Shown here piece after piece: positions 27,101-37,300 of a stretch of DNA of 56,467 nt. Where the stretch lies: assembly GCA_049598575.1 (NCBI GenBank), contig JBMYNT010000005.1, positions 1-56,467 of the forward strand, written 5' to 3'. The position numbers and the translations under genes were made by a program. The DNA comes from Candidatus Poseidoniaceae archaeon. GTDB lineage: Archaea > Thermoplasmatota > Poseidoniia > Poseidoniales > Poseidoniaceae. The notes beneath the pieces were generated by a model, which saw nothing but the letters and a program-made list of their open reading frames with translations, ran no database searches and was not told the origin of the DNA. The stretch's first letter is position 1; each line of letters begins with the position of its first letter.

Positions 27101-30058
27101 ACAGCATTCAATGTCATCAACGAAGAGGGTGTCTCTCAAGATCTTGATGCAGGAAACACAAACCGCTACGTTCGAATGACTGGAAGCGTACGACTCGAAG
27201 CACTCGATGTTGCTCCGGATCCATTGAGTTACTTCACTGTGGTCGAGGAGCGAAGCATCAACAGTTCTGGAGCGGAGCCTGTGTTCGAGTGGACTGAAAT
27301 CGACAACCAAACCGGTACAATCGGTGGCGATTTCGACTACACAATGGACTTGGGCCCAACCACTGCGGGTGAGCATTTCTATCGATTCCGAATGACAGGA
27401 TACGAGGGCGGCGACACCGTCTGTCCAACCAGCGTCTATCGCCCAGACAGCGATTGCGCTATCCCATTCAATCTCACCATCGATCAGTTCGCACCAGAGC
27501 TTGTCTCAGTGAAGGTTCTGAACGGCGAAGTTGATCCAAATTACGAATCCAATTGGCGCAGTCTTGTCGACGATACGTGGGTCATTCCATCCAACAATCA
27601 GTACGTCAAGGTTGGAGTGACGGATTTCCAAGACTTGCCAGCAACGATCAATCTCTACTACTGGGTCGAGTACCAACACGATGCAAACAGTGACGGTGTT
27701 GCGGATGAAAGCGAATACGCCATGGTTGCTTTGACCGGTGACGGTGAATACCCAACTGCAAACTACACGGGCAATTACAACGACTTGGCCAACCAAGAGA
27801 AAGACCCCGTAGGCCGTGTAAGCATGTATTTGGAAGGCTATGACCTTGCTGGAAACGCCATCGATGGAGGTTCATTCGGAATCTTCAACGATGAGGTCAC
27901 CTATGCATCCATGCCTTCCCGATCTCCAGAAATTCTCAAGTTCAACATCGAGAATTCTGCTGGACGACCATTGCTCAATTCAAACCACCCCTCCTACGAA
28001 GGTGACTGGAACCAAACCATGTATGCCGGAAACGAGTACCACCTCATCGTCGAGGCGGAGGACCGCAACGGTTGGAGAGACATCGACTACATTCAGGTCG
28101 ACTTGACCAACGACCGAGACGATCTCACACTCTATTACTTCCCACGAAATGAAACTGCATGGACGGACAGCCCGCACATCACCATCGTTCCTGAAGGAGA
28201 AGATTCGGATGGCCCTCAACTGTTGCGAATGGACGGCGACTATCTCGTCAATCCGTTCACGGATGAGTTCTATCTCGATCTCCCTATCCGCATTAATTGG
28301 GGAATTGTCGGATTGCAAAGCCTTGCATCCCCAGTCATTTCGATCGCTGATTTGGATGGAAACGACAAGCGCAAGATTGTCGGTTCAACCACTGAAATCA
28401 CACAATGGTACTATTCGGACGGTATTCGACTCGATGTCCGCACCGATGCCGTGAACGATTTGATGATCACGCCGTTCTTCAGTGACGTAAGCGAACCGTT
28501 CACATCCGATGTTCGTGAAGGATACGTCTACCCTGGCGACACAGTCGCATTCGAAGGACAATTTGCGTACATCGACGGGCTTCTCGACAGTGTCTACATC
28601 CTGCCTGAGATGGAACTCACATTGGAAGTCACCCGTCTTGAGGCTCAGTCAAGCAGTGCTGGCGGCGTTCAATACTTCGCTTACGGAGCAGGTGGTGCAG
28701 ATGGTACCAAGCAAGACGGTCAACCGACCTATCACACGTTCAAGGGTGGTGCGTTCAACATCAACATCACAGCACCAACATCGACGAACGAATACACGTA
28801 TCAATTCAAACTGGTCAATCTTCCTGATGGAGCCGTTGATACAACCGAAGCATTCTGTGCAACATCGACCTCGTTCGGTTGTGGTGAATTCGTTGTCAGG
28901 GTTGACGCCAACGCCCCGTCGGTCAAATCCAATACTTGGACTGCACGAGATGAGGCAGGCACGGTTCTCGAAGAATCCGTTTCCACCTCGAACTTCCGTT
29001 GCATCGACATCTCGCTGCAAATTGACGAAAAGGAAGCGTTGTTCCAAGGCGATGTATCCGTTGCATGGAAGTTCTACGTCGATCCGACCAACGATGTAAC
29101 GTGGCCATTCTACGGACAAATCCACGGAATCGATCCACTTACTGCACCACTTTCGTTGACGCCTGTTGCAGGTGGATACGCTGCGAGTGCAGAATGTGTT
29201 GACCTGTGGCCATCCATTGACCAAGAATTGCCAACACAAGAGCAAATCAACAACATCGAAGTTGTCTTCTGGGTTGTTGGCGCTGATTCAGCCGGTTCAC
29301 CAGTCCTCGGTGGCGGCCCAACCGGCGATGGGTCCGTTGCTCCAATCTATTCTGGTGAAGCTCGATACAATTCCCTCTACAACTTCATCTACGAAGAGGC
29401 GAGTTACTCAGTCAAGGAAATCGACCTCTTGCCACGTTCACCAGAAGTTGGTGATTCGATGACGTTGACCATCGAAGTGGTCAACACTGGTTCAAAGGCA
29501 GGCGAAGTGACCTTGCGAATTCAATCGGTCGTTGATGGTGGAATCCCTGTAACAGAAACAACGGTGACATCAACCCTCATTGAAATCGATGGTGAAGTCG
29601 ATGTCGAAGTGACGCTGGAGTCGTTCGTCAATCCAACCACTGGAATGTACTATCTCGTCTTTGATGATGTCACTGGAGAATTGTTGTACAACGGTTCGAG
29701 CAGTGGTGACAGCTTCAACGTTAAGATTGCCAGCGAAAGCGATGACTCGGGAATGTTGATGTTGATCATCGTCATTCTCATCGGCCTGATTCTTGTCATG
29801 GGTATCGTTGGATTGGTTGTCATGCGACGTGGCAACAACAACACGGACGACTACCTCTACGAGGATGAAGAGGATACGAAAGCATACGCTTCACTTCCTG
29901 GTCAATACGAACAACCTGCAGCACCACCAGCAGACGTCAGTCCTGAAATGGCAGAAGCCATGCAGAAGTTCCCGCAGTGGTCGCAAGAAGAGATTCAAGG
30001 CTACTTTGACCAAGGTTGGGACATCAACTCCTTGCAAGACTGGTTGAACAACCAGTGA
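24164..30058 (+). CDS. Very large secreted, C-terminally membrane-anchored acidic surface protein (beta-rich, CARDB-like domain near C-terminus)
   Basis: 1964 aa; signal peptide, D/N/S/T/G-rich body, PRSPEVGDSMTLTIEVVNTG, C-terminal TM followed by RRG and a cytoplasmic tail. Confidence 0.8.
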   Translation: MANDNRRTKIALFLVLLMVLTPLASGANISNFSSGSSEVDILLNDATTYSDNVDGSVDLPLGESITSASMAVRSNPAVHGAHTRIDVDTMPRVWNPAYNGQITSFSKIDEFSFEDGSVSTPVSLKAEGILTDFENDMAGFIDDTNPPLSSGSPWSHGTLDGGNVLPANCASGSDCWGTGLYDNDYTDDNGYASFKEVLLSPTLDVTSGNIRDPSVYFDSFHQLMTYQSSSTTNPIYRYADCAYIEVRSSQTTFFDPALSPWEHIDIDIQNSTGLSFGSGYHQVGYQNSNNKIDGRCNGVSYDDYALGGTSISNFNPSGWASIKLDLSSYGGSYVELRFVLEYNDVSPSGSYTIYNATSMPGWYIDNFRYGNTLPPSGWMSVRGILPNVQGGENHPNGYGLLTIEAETTATAVLTVDVLDSLTGQVVMDDNGNSMSGMDGLIHELWGINSSTYPTIDLRFNFDSGPDKLSTPTLHGFSIGTRVGTGFNQTTFSPNPPVNGVWYSQGLGDLMMYDPLVSDNSYSPAFERSHFSYPIASITPYIQDACLESPEIFVVMNGYNVLMENGVKYTLGESAGLPDSAFGFSSVLSYQNSCDVGGMWFDLEFAHHAEQIEIDVANDGDIEYGFTEPAFDMFGRQTMFIGSKDANNVHYGAKTRTLTLGLSGSVDGGEFMLPAGSTILAAEVGFDNNQIISTTNSNEGFTWKLMSGLEEVDLGEVGNVTRGAQEMYPEEMNLTAALNTLMQSTLTPTAHIDANGNGWKKFRFSIESLNASSGATIDLVGLDVVYDVTHYLSTGNGFAEELAQGVALSTSTVGYATVPIALRAASGGGVTFSSLSVSTSPGYTTTASLVGNPTGLYPNGEIYEIVSSHTVSSLTGSSFQEASLVFESGTGTIELSYSDLNGFTEVENSNGYITLQASSAADITEGKEITWRFTVNNNWEDTQVVRIYAGQIAANGINGLPDAIVLAPVGGNAVENDAGVTAFNVINEEGVSQDLDAGNTNRYVRMTGSVRLEALDVAPDPLSYFTVVEERSINSSGAEPVFEWTEIDNQTGTIGGDFDYTMDLGPTTAGEHFYRFRMTGYEGGDTVCPTSVYRPDSDCAIPFNLTIDQFAPELVSVKVLNGEVDPNYESNWRSLVDDTWVIPSNNQYVKVGVTDFQDLPATINLYYWVEYQHDANSDGVADESEYAMVALTGDGEYPTANYTGNYNDLANQEKDPVGRVSMYLEGYDLAGNAIDGGSFGIFNDEVTYASMPSRSPEILKFNIENSAGRPLLNSNHPSYEGDWNQTMYAGNEYHLIVEAEDRNGWRDIDYIQVDLTNDRDDLTLYYFPRNETAWTDSPHITIVPEGEDSDGPQLLRMDGDYLVNPFTDEFYLDLPIRINWGIVGLQSLASPVISIADLDGNDKRKIVGSTTEITQWYYSDGIRLDVRTDAVNDLMITPFFSDVSEPFTSDVREGYVYPGDTVAFEGQFAYIDGLLDSVYILPEMELTLEVTRLEAQSSSAGGVQYFAYGAGGADGTKQDGQPTYHTFKGGAFNINITAPTSTNEYTYQFKLVNLPDGAVDTTEAFCATSTSFGCGEFVVRVDANAPSVKSNTWTARDEAGTVLEESVSTSNFRCIDISLQIDEKEALFQGDVSVAWKFYVDPTNDVTWPFYGQIHGIDPLTAPLSLTPVAGGYAASAECVDLWPSIDQELPTQEQINNIEVVFWVVGADSAGSPVLGGGPTGDGSVAPIYSGEARYNSLYNFIYEEASYSVKEIDLLPRSPEVGDSMTLTIEVVNTGSKAGEVTLRIQSVVDGGIPVTETTVTSTLIEIDGEVDVEVTLESFVNPTTGMYYLVFDDVTGELLYNGSSSGDSFNVKIASESDDSGMLMLIIVILIGLILVMGIVGLVVMRRGNNNTDDYLYEDEEDTKAYASLPGQYEQPAAPPADVSPEMAEAMQKFPQWSQEEIQGYFDQGWDINSLQDWLNNQ

Positions 30059-30071
30059 AGGGCGTGACCAC

Positions 30072-30881
30072 TTGAGTGTGGATTTGTCCTGGGAAGACAT
30101 CGTCTGGGATGACCCAGATGGAGGCCGTATCGTTCTCCACGGAGTCCTTCCTACAACGGTTCATCCACAATCCCTCAGGCCCCGAATCGAATGGCATGCT
30201 CTGGCACTGCTCGAAGGTCCTGAAATTGAGGATGTTTGGCAGCTTGAAGAAGCATCAGAAAAGGAGTCGCCGGGTATCAATCTCGCTTCCGCACTCTTAG
30301 GTGGGGGCCTTGATTCGTGTCTGATTGAAGATTTGACGCAATTGGAAGAAATTCAAACTGGACGTTTCCCCGATCCTGAACCTCGACGATTGCATCGACT
30401 CGCCTTGCGCCATGAACGTCCAGTGTATTGCATCGAACCTACGCTTGACGATGAAGCGTGGGAAGAGCAGCGGACACAGGAAGCGAAGGTTTCGACACAT
30501 TGGAGAAAACTGCTTTCGATGGTCCGTATTGGAAAGAAATGGAGAAAAGCAGTCAAGCTACGCATTTTTGATGCGGTTCCACCTCCAAAGAATGTTCCAA
30601 AAGATATGGCAACCGCATCTGTTCTCTCGGCAGCATGGTGGGATCTGACTGAATCGCGAATCAATACCTCTCTCTCGAATGCAAGAGATGAGCGATTTGC
30701 GCAGCGACTACGGGGGGCTCTCGCTGCAGAGAGGGCAAAGCATGGCGATCAGGCAACCATTCTTCTACCAATGCACCAGACGTGGCGACCTTCCATCCTC
30801 GCAATGCTCAATTCAAATCCTCAACCAGAGGAGATTATTTCATCAACAGGCCCATCGGAACAACTGGAGGAGGAAGAATGA
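30072..30881 (+). CDS. Hypothetical protein
   Basis: 269-aa ORF with TTG start; ATGA-coupled to the next gene. Confidence 0.65.
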   Translation: MSVDLSWEDIVWDDPDGGRIVLHGVLPTTVHPQSLRPRIEWHALALLEGPEIEDVWQLEEASEKESPGINLASALLGGGLDSCLIEDLTQLEEIQTGRFPDPEPRRLHRLALRHERPVYCIEPTLDDEAWEEQRTQEAKVSTHWRKLLSMVRIGKKWRKAVKLRIFDAVPPPKNVPKDMATASVLSAAWWDLTESRINTSLSNARDERFAQRLRGALAAERAKHGDQATILLPMHQTWRPSILAMLNSNPQPEEIISSTGPSEQLEEEE

Positions 30882-31411
30882 GCGGCAACATCGACGTAAC
30901 GGTTGAGAACCAACTCGTTCGTTTTGTCGCCCCTGAACCCATTGATGGCGATGCTGTCGTTGAGCATCTCGATGGTCAGCGGGTCGGAAAGATGGTCATC
31001 AAAGCGCTTCGAAGACCTCGGGCCACACTCGTCATCGATCCTGAGGGCCGCATCACCGTCCACGGAACGCACCGTATCGAAGCAGCGAGAGATGCGGCAA
31101 AGGAACTCTTGCTCCGACTTGGTAAGGACGATACTGGGCTCAAGACAGAGTACGGGCCGATCATTGCCTCCTTCTACTTCAACACACCAATCAAGGTTCA
31201 ATCCATAACCGGAGCACTCGGAGCAGGAGAAGGTCGTTACGATGGCCGACTTGATTGTGGAATCATTCAAGACGAACGCCATGACCTTGTTCTCCACGTT
31301 TGGGAGAACGGCCGATGTGTCGTTACCGATGGACGCCATCCAAAGATGGTGGCCATGGCTGCCGTGTATTGGCAATCCAAATTCAAGGAATTAGGTATCT
31401 CCAGTTTCTGA
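30878..31411 (+). CDS. Divergent TATA-binding-protein-fold protein
   Basis: Two-repeat TBP pattern: VTVEN...PRATLVIDPEGRITVHG...AARDAA and IIAS...LVLHVWENGRCVVTDG...KFKELG; start at ATG 30878. Confidence 0.6.
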   Translation: MSGNIDVTVENQLVRFVAPEPIDGDAVVEHLDGQRVGKMVIKALRRPRATLVIDPEGRITVHGTHRIEAARDAAKELLLRLGKDDTGLKTEYGPIIASFYFNTPIKVQSITGALGAGEGRYDGRLDCGIIQDERHDLVLHVWENGRCVVTDGRHPKMVAMAAVYWQSKFKELGISSF

Positions 31412-31420
31412 GGAATTGGC

Positions 31421-32311
31421 ATGGTTGATGCTCAGCGGCTGTGGAAAGGACCAATTCTTGACAATCATTTCCACCTCAACCGTAACGGACGCTTCCTCGA
31501 TGCTGCTAAGGATTTCAAGAACGTTGGTGGCACGCATCTCGTTCTCGTTCATTGTCCCGATTTTGCTTCACCTCCGACCTCGTTGAGCGAGCACAGAGAA
31601 ACGTATGCTGACACCATTGCTATGGCGAATGAGGTTCGAAAAGAACATGATCTTCACGTTCGTGTTGTTCTCGGACCACACCCAGCAGCCTTTGCTCATC
31701 AATTCATCAAATGGATGGAAGAAGATGGAGACAAAGGAATCGAGCGTGCATGTGAAAACTATCGCGATAGCATTGATGCGGCGCTCGAATTCGTCCAGGA
31801 AGGTCAAGCCCATGCTATCGGTGAAGTCGGCCGACCTCACTGGGATGTATCGGATGAGGTTTGGGATCTTTCCAATCTGTTGCTTGAAGAAACGATGACC
31901 TTAGCGGCACGTGAAGGAATCCCTTTGCAACTCCATGTTGAGGGCGAATTGGAGTCGACCTATCGAGACCTGTCTGAAATGGCATCAAGAGCCAACCTGC
32001 CGACCCATCGTCTGATTCGACATTATTCACCACCTCAAATCGATGAATCCATTACGCGTGGGTTAACATCAAGCGTACTTGTCGGAAAAGGTGCTCTCGA
32101 TCCGTTGCTTGCAAGTTACGTGAACAACAGAACGGGCTTCATGCTTGAGACCGATTACATGGACGACCCTCGTCGTCCAGGAGCTGTTCTTGGGCCCAAG
32201 ACTGTCCCAAAGAGAACACAACAATTGATCGAAGCGGGCATGGATGAAGAGGTGCTTTGGAAATGTCATGTCGATGTGCCAAATGCGCTCTATGGTGACG
32301 CTGAAGATTGA
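31421..32311 (+). CDS. TatD-family metal-dependent hydrolase (archaeal type)
   Basis: DNHFH, GPHPA, AIGEVGRPH, QLHVE, METDYMDDPRRPGAVLGPKTVP. Confidence 0.87.
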   Translation: MVDAQRLWKGPILDNHFHLNRNGRFLDAAKDFKNVGGTHLVLVHCPDFASPPTSLSEHRETYADTIAMANEVRKEHDLHVRVVLGPHPAAFAHQFIKWMEEDGDKGIERACENYRDSIDAALEFVQEGQAHAIGEVGRPHWDVSDEVWDLSNLLLEETMTLAAREGIPLQLHVEGELESTYRDLSEMASRANLPTHRLIRHYSPPQIDESITRGLTSSVLVGKGALDPLLASYVNNRTGFMLETDYMDDPRRPGAVLGPKTVPKRTQQLIEAGMDEEVLWKCHVDVPNALYGDAED

Positions 32312-32369
32312 CTTTACTTGTTGAAGATTCATCCATCACATTCATGAAACTCTTCGACTTCGTATTGAC

Positions 32370-33464
32370 ATGGCAGGCAAGGGACGAGCGGTGGCTACGT
32401 TGTTTGGACTTCTGCTCCTTGTAAGCCTCTTACCAATGCCATCTGCGGCTCAAGGAGTTGTGGGAAGCATTTCACTTGAATGTGGAGATGACCCAGAACT
32501 ACAAGTGAAACCAGGCGAGTATGAAGATTCAGTCGTTGAATGCACAGTCACGAATGATGGAACGGTCCTCGCAGAAAATGTCCAGATCACTGAAGAGTGG
32601 GATGGCGTCTATGTGAATATGATGATTTCAGAGGATTCCTTTACCATTGAAGCTGGTGAATCTGAAACATTCACAGTTACGTTCTCCTGCGATGAACGAA
32701 CCGATGCGACAATCCAATACGAATTCACTCTCACTGCAACAGTCACTGCTTGGGGGCCGATACCTGTCGAAGGGACGCCGCTTTCTCAATTTGCAAATCA
32801 CACAGGTGATGTTACCATCAAGGAATACGGTTTTGTGACGCTTGATGTTCCTGACACGTCCTCACGAACCATGCAAACAAGTGAGGAGTTGTCCATTACC
32901 TTCCAAGTAGATAACGACGGCAATGCGGACGATACCATCGAGATTCGAATCACCAACGCTAACGAACTTGAACAACTCGGCTTCACATTGCAAAGCGGAG
33001 ACTTCGTTGTTGCACGAGATGTTCAATCGGGAGGCGTTTCCGAACAACTTGAGTTCATCATCCGTGCTCCGAGCGAGGCCGATGCAGAGATTCGAAACGT
33101 CATCACGATTGAAGCAACAAGCACACTTGATGATTCAAAAGACATGGTTGACTTTGACCTCATCGTCGAAGCACAGCAAGAATCTGGTGGTCTAGGGGCC
33201 GGGCTCTCCGAAGTGAGCACAGATGATCTCGCCCTGTATGGTGCCATCGGAGGGGGCATTCTCTTCCTCATCTTCCTTCTCGTGATCATTGGACGTGTTT
33301 CCAAGCGCTCCTCAAAAGGCAAAGTCGCTACAGACACTCCAACCGAGCTACCGATTGAAATTGATGACGATGACGAATTCGATCTTGACCTTGATTTTGA
33401 CATGGACTTGGACGATGACGAATTCCTCTCGGATGATTTCGATTCGATGCTTGACGATTTGTAA
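32370..33464 (+). CDS. Secreted Ig-like membrane-anchored protein with very acidic cytoplasmic tail
   Basis: Signal peptide; VTNDG and VDNDGNADD Ig-type motifs; C-terminal TM; Asp-rich tail. Confidence 0.72.
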   Translation: MAGKGRAVATLFGLLLLVSLLPMPSAAQGVVGSISLECGDDPELQVKPGEYEDSVVECTVTNDGTVLAENVQITEEWDGVYVNMMISEDSFTIEAGESETFTVTFSCDERTDATIQYEFTLTATVTAWGPIPVEGTPLSQFANHTGDVTIKEYGFVTLDVPDTSSRTMQTSEELSITFQVDNDGNADDTIEIRITNANELEQLGFTLQSGDFVVARDVQSGGVSEQLEFIIRAPSEADAEIRNVITIEATSTLDDSKDMVDFDLIVEAQQESGGLGAGLSEVSTDDLALYGAIGGGILFLIFLLVIIGRVSKRSSKGKVATDTPTELPIEIDDDDEFDLDLDFDMDLDDDEFLSDDFDSMLDDL

Positions 33465-33574
33465 CGCCGTCCGCTGGTTTTCAAACCTCTTGGAAGCCAT
33501 GTTTTTCCTTCAAAAGAAGGGGAATACTCAAAGACGTGGTGTGCCCGGTAACACCTGCGAAATGAGGGGTGCGG

Positions 33575-34369
33575 ATGCTAGGTCTACAAGGAAAAACCGC
33601 TGTCGTGTTCGGAGTTGCAAGCGAAGATTCGATTGCATGGGCCATTTGTCAACAACTCGCAGAGGCAGGTGCAGACCTGTTCTTAGGCTATCAAAAGCGC
33701 TTCATGTCTCGCGTTTTCCAACTCAAAGACAAACTTCCTGCGATCAAGGGATTCTATCCACTCGATGTTGCTCAAGACGATACGACTCGGGAGTTCTTCG
33801 ATGAGTTTTCCAAAGAGCATCCTGGAAGGACAATTGACGTTCTTGTTCATGCGATTGGCTTCGCCCCACGAAGTTGTTTCGATCGACCCATTCTGTTCGT
33901 CGAAGATGCTGACATCAATACGGCGATGACCATTTCTGCGAACTCTTTGCAACGCTGTCTGAAATTTGCCATGCCTCACCTCAGTGAAGGCTCCTCAACC
34001 ATTACACTCACGTACGCAGCTTCGACTCGATTTGTTCCATCGTACGGAATCATGTCGATGGCAAAAGCAGCGCTTGAGTGCTGGACGCGTGAACTTGCTT
34101 GTCATTTGGGGCCTCACGGGCATCGAGTCAACAGCATCTCGTCAGGACCTATTCGAACCATCGCAGCTTCAGGAATTCCGGGCTTCGACCGCATCCTTGA
34201 TCACGTTGAGGCCAACGCTCCATTGCGAAGGAACGTCAATCAAAACGACGTAGCAGGAACGACGTTGTGGCTTGCAAGCCCGCTCTCTGCAGGCGTAACT
34301 GGACAATGCATCCATGTCGATGCAGGCTATTCCATCACCATGGTGCCACAGAGCATCATGGACGTATGA
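33575..34369 (+). CDS. fabI: Enoyl-ACP reductase (FabI-type SDR)
   Basis: GVASEDSIAWAI, LVHAIGFAP, YGIMSMAKAALE, RVNSISSGPIRTIAASGI, HVDAG; GAGGGG SD at 33564-33569. Confidence 0.9.
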   Translation: MLGLQGKTAVVFGVASEDSIAWAICQQLAEAGADLFLGYQKRFMSRVFQLKDKLPAIKGFYPLDVAQDDTTREFFDEFSKEHPGRTIDVLVHAIGFAPRSCFDRPILFVEDADINTAMTISANSLQRCLKFAMPHLSEGSSTITLTYAASTRFVPSYGIMSMAKAALECWTRELACHLGPHGHRVNSISSGPIRTIAASGIPGFDRILDHVEANAPLRRNVNQNDVAGTTLWLASPLSAGVTGQCIHVDAGYSITMVPQSIMDV

Positions 34370-34378
34370 GGTGAACAC

Positions 34379-37300
34379 ATGACCATCACAACCGATGACG
34401 GAAAACCATGCGAAGGACTCGAACAGGGTCCGTTTGAACCCATTGCAGTCATCGGTGTTGCTGCGATGATGCCCGATGCAAACGATCTGGAAGCATTCTG
34501 GCAGAACATCATCGATTCGCATGTGAGCATCAAGGAAATCAAAGAAGGACGATGGCCTGGCCCAGTCGACCATTTCTGGACAGAAGGCAAACCAGGCGAT
34601 ATAGCACACGGATACACGTATGCAAAGATTGGAGCATTTGTTGAGGATTATGAATTCGATTGGCGTCGATGGCGTCAACCACCGGGAACAATCCCTCAAA
34701 TCGATCCGTGCCAATTGTGGGCTGTCTCGGTCTCAGCAAAAGCGATTGAACAAGCCGGTTATGGTGAAGGAGAGAAGGAATTCCCTCGCGAGCGAGCAGG
34801 TGTAGTTTTTGCCAACGCACTTGGAGGCGAGAACAGAAACATGTCCAACATTCGTGTTTGGTCAAACCACACCTCAGAACTTGCCAAACAACACGGAATG
34901 CCTGCCTCATCGAAAGAGGCCTTCATGGATGCCATGAACGAACACTCTCCGAAGGTCGATGAGGACACCATGCCGGGTGAACTTGCAAACGTTGTATCTG
35001 GACGTGTTGCAAACTTGTTGGATCTGCAAGGGCCAAACCATGCAATGGATGCAGCATGTGCGTCCTCAATGGCAGCAGTCATGGATGCATGTCGCCTCCT
35101 GCAAACACGACAAGCCGATGTTATGCTTGCTGGAGCAACCGATCGGACAATGGATCCAGCAACCTATGCGAAGTTCAGTGCTATTGGCGCCTTATCACCG
35201 ACACATTCGACGCCATTTGATGCTCGTGCAAATGGGTTCGTCATGGGTGAAGGCGCTGGGGTCATGGTGCTCAAGCGCCTCAGTGATGCTATCGCTGATG
35301 ACGATACCATCCATGCCGTCATTCGTGGTATAGGGGGTTCAAGCGACGGCCGTGGTAAAGGCATCACAGCACCAAGCCAACGTGGCCAGATACAAGCCAT
35401 TGCTCGCGCCTACAATCAAGCAGGTTACCCAGCATCTTCGGTCGAATTAGTTGAAGCACATGGAACCTCCACAAAGGTGGGCGATGCTACAGAACTGTCC
35501 ACCTTGACTCGACTATGGACCGATGTTGCATCTGGCGACAACGTAGCCGTTGGCTCAATCAAGTCGCAAATAGGTCACTTGAAAGCCGCAGCAGGGATTG
35601 CAGGAATCATCAAATCGGTCATGGCACTTCATCACCGTACCATTCCTCCTTCAGCAGGATTCGAAACACCAAATCCAACGGTTGACTGGGCAAACATTCC
35701 ATTCTTTGTACCAACTTCACCGTTAGAATGGCCTGAGCCTGAATCGCATCCCCGTCGAGCTGGAGTATCTGCCTTCGGATTCGGTGGGACAAACTTCCAC
35801 ATTGCTTTGGAAGGATACAAACCGGACTATCACCGAAGCATGGCGGAAGATTGGCAACAACGATGGAAAGCTTACGCAAAGTCACCATCTGTTTCAGCGC
35901 CGTCCATCCTTGATGCATCCGCAACGGCAACCATGACGCACGAGCAACTCAAGGCCATTGAAGGCGGCGTACTGCTTCTCTCAGGTTCTTCCATCGAAGC
36001 CTTGGCCACATCTCTCGAATCAACATCCTTCAATGGACCAACCTTTGATGACGACCCACGAGGTCTTCGTCTTTCCATGGCACTTCAATCAGCAAGTGCT
36101 TCCTATGATTCAAGCGATGCATGCCGATTGGCACTTGTTGCAACCTCTTGGGCTGAATTTGAGAAGCGTAAGGCATTGGCGATTTCGTCGCTTGCTGATT
36201 CAGGAAAGTGGGGCTTTTTGCAAGCGCAAGGCGTCCTTGTCAGCGATCAGCCGGCAATACCAGAAGGTGCCAAGGTCGCCCACATGTATCCTGGCCAAGG
36301 TTCGCAATATGTTGGAATGACGCATGACCTGCATGAGCGATACACGCCTGTGCAAGACGTTTGGAATGCCTCAGATTCAACGATGGTCGAAGTTCTCGAT
36401 GGTGAAACACTCTCCTCATTCGTGCTTCGCAGTGGTCTGAGCGATGATGAACGCAAGGCTGCTGAGCACAAACTCAAGCAAACTGAATACACTCAACCGG
36501 CCATGCTTACGGCAGATTTGGCCATTGAACATGCACTCAACGCATATGGGCACGAACCGGATATGGTTGCTGGACATTCACTTGGCGAGTATGCTGCGCT
36601 CATGGCTTCAGGAATTCTCAACATGGACGGGGCTCTACGGGCTGCAGCAGCACGTGGAACTGAGATGGGCTCCGTGGAAATCGATGACAAGGGCTTGATG
36701 GCCAGTGTTACCGCCCCATACGATGCTGTCGAGCGCATCCTTGATGCCGCAGAAGGTTACGTCATTGCCGCCAACAAGAACTCTCCGAAGATGACCGTTA
36801 TTGCAGGTGCTACACAAGCTGTTCAGGCTGTCATGAAAACCTTCGAATCTGAAGGATTCAATTGTGTCCCCTTGGCAACAAGCCACGCTTTCCATTCGAG
36901 CATCGTCGCTCCTGCGAATGAACCGTTGCGAAGGTTCCTCTCCTCTCTTGAAATCAACTGGCCGAAGATTCCGATCACGGCGAACGTGGATGGAACATTC
37001 TATCCGAATGACGGAACAGATGCAAAGGAAGGCATTCTTTCCAAACTTGCTCCACAAATGGCCTCATCGGTCGAGTGGACGTCTCAAATCAACACGATGT
37101 ACGAGGCAGGTGCCCGTATCTTTGTCGAAGTAGGGCCAAAGCGGGCTCTGACGATGTTTGCGACTCAAATCCTCGAGGATCGTCCTCACCTTGCAGTAAT
37201 GACCAATCATCCCAAACAAGGCGGCATAGCTTCGTTCCTCACAGCCATTGGTGCACTAGCCCTTGCAGGAAGGCCTCCGAAGACCATTGAAGGTACCTCC

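Noticed and set aside
33360-33464. GAT/GAC-rich simple repeat
   Set aside because: Encodes the Asp-rich tail of the upstream membrane protein
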